A program made the translations under genes and the position numbers. The notes under the pieces were generated by a model. That model was not told the DNA's origin, searched no databases, and worked only from the letters and a program-made list of their open reading frames with translations. Source: an uncultured beta proteobacterium (GTDB lineage Bacteria; Pseudomonadota; Gammaproteobacteria; Burkholderiales; Casimicrobiaceae). Taken from it: a stretch of 64,000 bases of DNA. How positions within the stretch are numbered: position 1 is the first letter of the stretch; every line of letters starts with the position of its first letter. This document shows, in pieces, positions 60,432 through 64,000 of this stretch. The stretch spans positions 238,783-302,782 of the forward strand of contig CAWHII010000004.1 in assembly GCA_963829415.1 (NCBI GenBank). The letters are read 5' to 3'.

Positions 60432-61553
60432 ATGGCCCGCAAGAGAGCGTTGAAGAGCACCGGCAAGCTCGTCGTACTCGACCATGAATCAAGGATTCTG
60501 GCGGGGAATCCACTGGGTGATCCTGCGCGGAGGAAGCTGGCGGTCTGGCTTCCGCCCGGGTACGACGAAGGGACCGCGCGCGGCCGCAGCGCCGGGCGCG
60601 GCAGGCGATACCCGGTGCTGTGGGACCTGGTAGGGTTCACGGGATCGGGCATGGCGCACGTCGGCTGGCGACCATTCGATGAAAACGTGCCCGAACGCGC
60701 CGCGCGACTCATCCACGACCGCCGGATGGGTCCCTGCATCATCGTGTTTCCGGATTGCTTCAGTTGTCTGGGCGGCAATCAGTACATCAATTCATCGGCG
60801 ATGGGCGCCTACGCGGATTACCTCACGCGGGAACTCATTCCGTTCGTCGACCGCGAATTCCGCACGCTTGCCTCACGCGACCACCGCGGCTGCTTCGGCA
60901 AGTCCTCTGGCGGCTACGGCGCGATCATTCACGGCATGAAGTATGCGAAATACTGGGGGGCGATCGCCGATCATTCGGGCGATGCCTACTTCGACTTCTG
61001 CTATCTCACCGACTGGCCGCGCACGCTGAACGAACTCGACGGCTACCGCCGTCCCCGTCGGCACCCCGGCCGAATCGACGTCACGAAGGATGCCGCCGGC
61101 AGCGGCGCCGGCTATGACGACGGCCGCGTCAAGCGCTTCCTCGACGCCGTGTGGAGCAAGGACAAGCTGAACGAAGCGGAAGGGCATGCGCTGATGGAAA
61201 TCGCGATGGCCGCGTCGTACGATCCGGATCCCGATGCGCCTCTGGGTTTCCGCCTGCCCATCGATCTCGAAACGGGGCGACTCCTTCCGGCGCGCTGGAA
61301 GCAATGGCTCAAACATGATCCGATTCATCTCGTCGGCAAGTACAAGGCCAACTTGAAGTCCCTCCACGGCGTATATCTCGACTGCGGCTGGCGCGATCAG
61401 TACCACCTGCATTTCGGAGCACGCATACTTTCCCGCGAATTGGCCCTGCATGGAATCAAGCATACGTACGAGGAGTTCGACGACACGCACTCGTCGATCG
61501 ATTACCGCATGGACGTGAGCCTGCCGTTTCTCTACCGGGCGCTGAAACCCTAA
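60432..61553 (+). CDS. Putative esterase (Fes/enterochelin-esterase-like alpha/beta hydrolase)
   Basis: VWLPPGY, YPVLW, GGNQYINS, GKSSGG nucleophile, YLDCG..D, EEFDDTH. Confidence 0.85.
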   Translation: MARKRALKSTGKLVVLDHESRILAGNPLGDPARRKLAVWLPPGYDEGTARGRSAGRGRRYPVLWDLVGFTGSGMAHVGWRPFDENVPERAARLIHDRRMGPCIIVFPDCFSCLGGNQYINSSAMGAYADYLTRELIPFVDREFRTLASRDHRGCFGKSSGGYGAIIHGMKYAKYWGAIADHSGDAYFDFCYLTDWPRTLNELDGYRRPRRHPGRIDVTKDAAGSGAGYDDGRVKRFLDAVWSKDKLNEAEGHALMEIAMAASYDPDPDAPLGFRLPIDLETGRLLPARWKQWLKHDPIHLVGKYKANLKSLHGVYLDCGWRDQYHLHFGARILSRELALHGIKHTYEEFDDTHSSIDYRMDVSLPFLYRALKP

Positions 61554-61562
61554 TACCCCTTC

Positions 61563-62039
61563 ATGGCTTTGTCACGTGCTTCGCAAGCCTGTGGGTACCG
61601 GTCCGTCCGGAGGCTGGTTCTGTCGGTGCTCCTGCTGATTGCGGCGTCGGCAGGTGGCATCGGCACCGGGGAATCCAACCCTTCGCAGAACCTCGATTAC
61701 CAGGCGGGCCTGGAAGCGATCCAGTCCAGCGACTGGAAGCGTGCGATCAGCAATCTCAGTGTCGCGCTGGTCGCCGAACCTACGAATGCGGACCTGCAGA
61801 ACTGGCTGGGCTACGCATACCGGCACGCGGGCAAATACGACGAAGCCTTCGACCACTGCCGGGCTGCGCTGCATCTCGATCCTGAACACCGCGGCGCGCA
61901 CGAATACATCGGCGAGACGTACCTGCTCACGGGCAACAAGGCCAAGGCGCGCGAACACCTGGCCGCCCTCGAGCACATCTGCGGCGCCCAATGCGATCAA
62001 TATCTGGATCTGCAAAGGGCGATCGCGGCCGCGAAGTGA
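61563..62039 (+). CDS. TPR-repeat exported protein
   Basis: Hydrophobic N-terminus; NADLQNWLGYAYR, HRGAHEYIGETYL. Confidence 0.85.
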   Translation: MALSRASQACGYRSVRRLVLSVLLLIAASAGGIGTGESNPSQNLDYQAGLEAIQSSDWKRAISNLSVALVAEPTNADLQNWLGYAYRHAGKYDEAFDHCRAALHLDPEHRGAHEYIGETYLLTGNKAKAREHLAALEHICGAQCDQYLDLQRAIAAAK

Positions 62040-62074
62040 CGCGACAATGGGCGAATACGAGAATCTCCGAACCC

Positions 62075-62545
62075 GTGAAAAACACTGAACCATTTACGCG
62101 ACCGGTCAGCCGTTGGGCCGGCGACCAGGCCCGCGAGGCGTCTGCCTGCCTCGCCGTACTCGTCGTGCTGTGCCTGTGCAGCTGCGGCGTTCCCCCGGAC
62201 CCGACACGCGAACAGCCACGCCTCTCCGCGTACGCACAGCGTTTCGCGCCGGAATTGCGCGGGACCGGCATCTCCAAGATCGTGTCCTGGTCCGATCGCG
62301 TGGAACAACCCGTTCAGGTTCGCTCGGCCGTGGGCCCGCTATATTTCCCTTATGATGCAGGCGTATCCTTGGCTCGTTTCGCGCTCAATGTCGACGGCGG
62401 AGCGATTCAGGTGCTCGCCGACGATTAGGATGACGCCGATTTCGACCGCTACGCACAGACGATGTCCTGGGTGATCAGGAGAGCGGTCGAACTCGCCCGC
62501 AGCAACAACGCCAGGGCCGCACAACGCGAGAAGGCTTCACCGTAA
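62075..62545 (+). pseudogene. Hypothetical lipoprotein interrupted by an in-frame TAG at 62426-62428
   Basis: Lipobox-like LCSC; the frame continues 38 coding-like codons (DDADFDRYAQTMSWVIRRAVELAR...) to TAA 62543-62545. Confidence 0.5.
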
Positions 62546-62559
62546 CGAAAGGGACCGAT

Positions 62560-63480
62560 ATGCGCTGGGGAGACATGCGTCGCAGTGACAACGTCGAGGA
62601 CGTGACCGGGGGACAGCCGGCCGGCGGCGGCATGCCATTCGGCGGTGGCATGAAGCTAGGCGGCGGCGCAATGATCCTGATCGTGATCGTCAGCCTGCTG
62701 TTCGGCGTCAATCCGTTGCAGTTTCTGGGCATGATGGACTCCGGCGCGCCTCCCGCACCGGCTCCGCAGCCCTCGGCTGCGCAGCCGGGGTATGGACCCC
62801 AAGGCGCCCAAAGCGCCCCCCAAGGCGCCAAGGGTACCGAGGACCCGGACAAGGGACTCAGCGTGCGCGTGCTGGGGGACACCGAAGATGTATGGACCGC
62901 GTTGTTCCAGGCGATGGGATCGCGCTACGAGCCGCCCAAGCTCGTTCTCTTTCGCAGGTCGGCCGCATCGGCATGCGGACGGGCGAGCGCGGCCTCCGGG
63001 CCGTTCTACTGTCCGGCCGACCGCAAGCTCTACCTCGACACCGCGTTCTTCCAGGAATTGCAGAATCGCTTCGGCGCACCCGGCGATTTCGGCCAGGCCT
63101 ACGTGATCGCGCATGAGGTGGGCCACCATGTGCAGAATCTGATGGGCACGATGCGCGAATTCGATACTGCGTCGGCACGGGTCGACGAACGACAACGCAA
63201 CGCGTTGTCGGTGCGGCTGGAATTGCAGGCCGACTGTTACGCCGGCGTCTGGGGCTTCTATGCCGCCAAGCGCAATCTGCTCGAACCGGGCGACGCCGAA
63301 GAAGGCCTGCGCGCCGCGTCCGCGGTCGGTGACGACGCGATCCAGAAGCGAACCCAGGGCTATGTCGTGCCGGATGCCTTCACGCATGGCAGGGCCGACC
63401 AGCGCATGAAGTGGTTCCAGACCGGGTTGCAGTCGGGGGACCCGCGCACCTGCAATACCTTTGCCGCCAAGGTTCCCTGA
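62560..63480 (+). CDS. Neutral zinc metallopeptidase (YpfJ/KPN_02809 family)
   Basis: RRSDNVED, GPFYCPAD, AYVIAHEVGHHVQNL, ELQADCYAG, FTHG. Confidence 0.92.
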   Translation: MRWGDMRRSDNVEDVTGGQPAGGGMPFGGGMKLGGGAMILIVIVSLLFGVNPLQFLGMMDSGAPPAPAPQPSAAQPGYGPQGAQSAPQGAKGTEDPDKGLSVRVLGDTEDVWTALFQAMGSRYEPPKLVLFRRSAASACGRASAASGPFYCPADRKLYLDTAFFQELQNRFGAPGDFGQAYVIAHEVGHHVQNLMGTMREFDTASARVDERQRNALSVRLELQADCYAGVWGFYAAKRNLLEPGDAEEGLRAASAVGDDAIQKRTQGYVVPDAFTHGRADQRMKWFQTGLQSGDPRTCNTFAAKVP

Positions 63481-63490
63481 CGGGAAGTTC

Positions 63491-64000
63491 ATGCCCGGTC
63501 TGACCTGTCCCGGGTGCCGTAACCCCATGCAGGCGCTCGAGCTCGAACGGCGCCCGGCCGGCACGCTGGTCGTCGACCTCTGTGACCTCTGCCAGGCACT
63601 GTGGTTCGATCCCATGGAGAGCCCGCAGCTGTCGCCCCAGGCGACGCTAGAACTCTTTCGCGCGATCAACGACGCGCGGCCGGACGTACGCACGACGTTG
63701 CCTCAACACATGTTGTGCCCGCGCTGCGATTCGCCGCTCGCGCAGACGCAGGACCTGCAGCACACTACCCGCTTCTCCTATTATCGTTGCCTGCGCGGAC
63801 ATGGCCGCCTGACGCCATTCTTCCAGTTTCTCCGCGAGAAGAATTTCATCCGGCCCATACCCAGGGAAGAACTGGAGCGGCTGAAGTCCCTGGTCAGGAT
63901 CATCCGCTGTTCGAGCTGCGGCGCGCCGATCGATCTCGCCAAGTCCACGGCGTGCGAATTCTGCCGCGCACCCATCGCCATTCTCGACCCCGAGGCGGCC
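63491..64000 (+). CDS. Multi-zinc-ribbon protein (partial; runs off the window)
   Basis: Hand translation: MPGLTCPGC..DLCDLCQALWFD..CPRC..RC..GHG..FFQFLREK..CSSCGAP..CEFC. Confidence 0.75.
   Translation, partial: MPGLTCPGCRNPMQALELERRPAGTLVVDLCDLCQALWFDPMESPQLSPQATLELFRAINDARPDVRTTLPQHMLCPRCDSPLAQTQDLQHTTRFSYYRCLRGHGRLTPFFQFLREKNFIRPIPREELERLKSLVRIIRCSSCGAPIDLAKSTACEFCRAPIAILDPEAA

Noticed and set aside
62426-62428. Pyrrolysine recoding of the amber codon
   Set aside because: No pyl genes or tRNA-Pyl are in view, and many genes here use TAG as a normal stop.

Overview
GC-rich bacterial chromosomal segment. Gene content and order suggest a Betaproteobacterium (inference). About 60 protein genes were found, and no rRNA, tRNA, CRISPR array or transposase. 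Housekeeping and common accessory genes include MoxR-DUF58-vWA, cbpA/cbpM, serC/serA, arfB, msrA, uup, rhlE and cysK. Two loci stand out. (1) 3.66-9.58 kb: an operon encoding a secreted protein with nucleoside-deoxyribosyltransferase/DUF4406-like motifs, an AfuABC-like ABC importer and deoC. It may be an undescribed route for scavenging deoxyribose-5-phosphate from extracellular dNMPs (inference). (2) 33.8-44.7 kb, minus strand: an 11-gene dedicated type II fatty-acid/lipid-tailoring cluster. It encodes an ICMT-like methyltransferase, a secreted hydrolase, a condensation-fold protein, FabL, FabG, an elongated ACP, a tandem hot-dog dehydratase, FabF, a second KAS with Ser at the catalytic Cys position, an AcpS-LpxL fusion and LpxO. 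Its layout resembles the rhizobial acpXL-lpxXL very-long-chain lipid A acylation locus. Other observations are a TA-flanked MITE (52951-53229), a REP-like intergenic element, an adhC/frmA 3' remnant, an unannotated 49-aa basic ORF, and at least eight apparent single-base indels (mostly 43.9-50 kb) that are more likely assembly errors than biology. All family assignments come from motif recognition; no searches were run.
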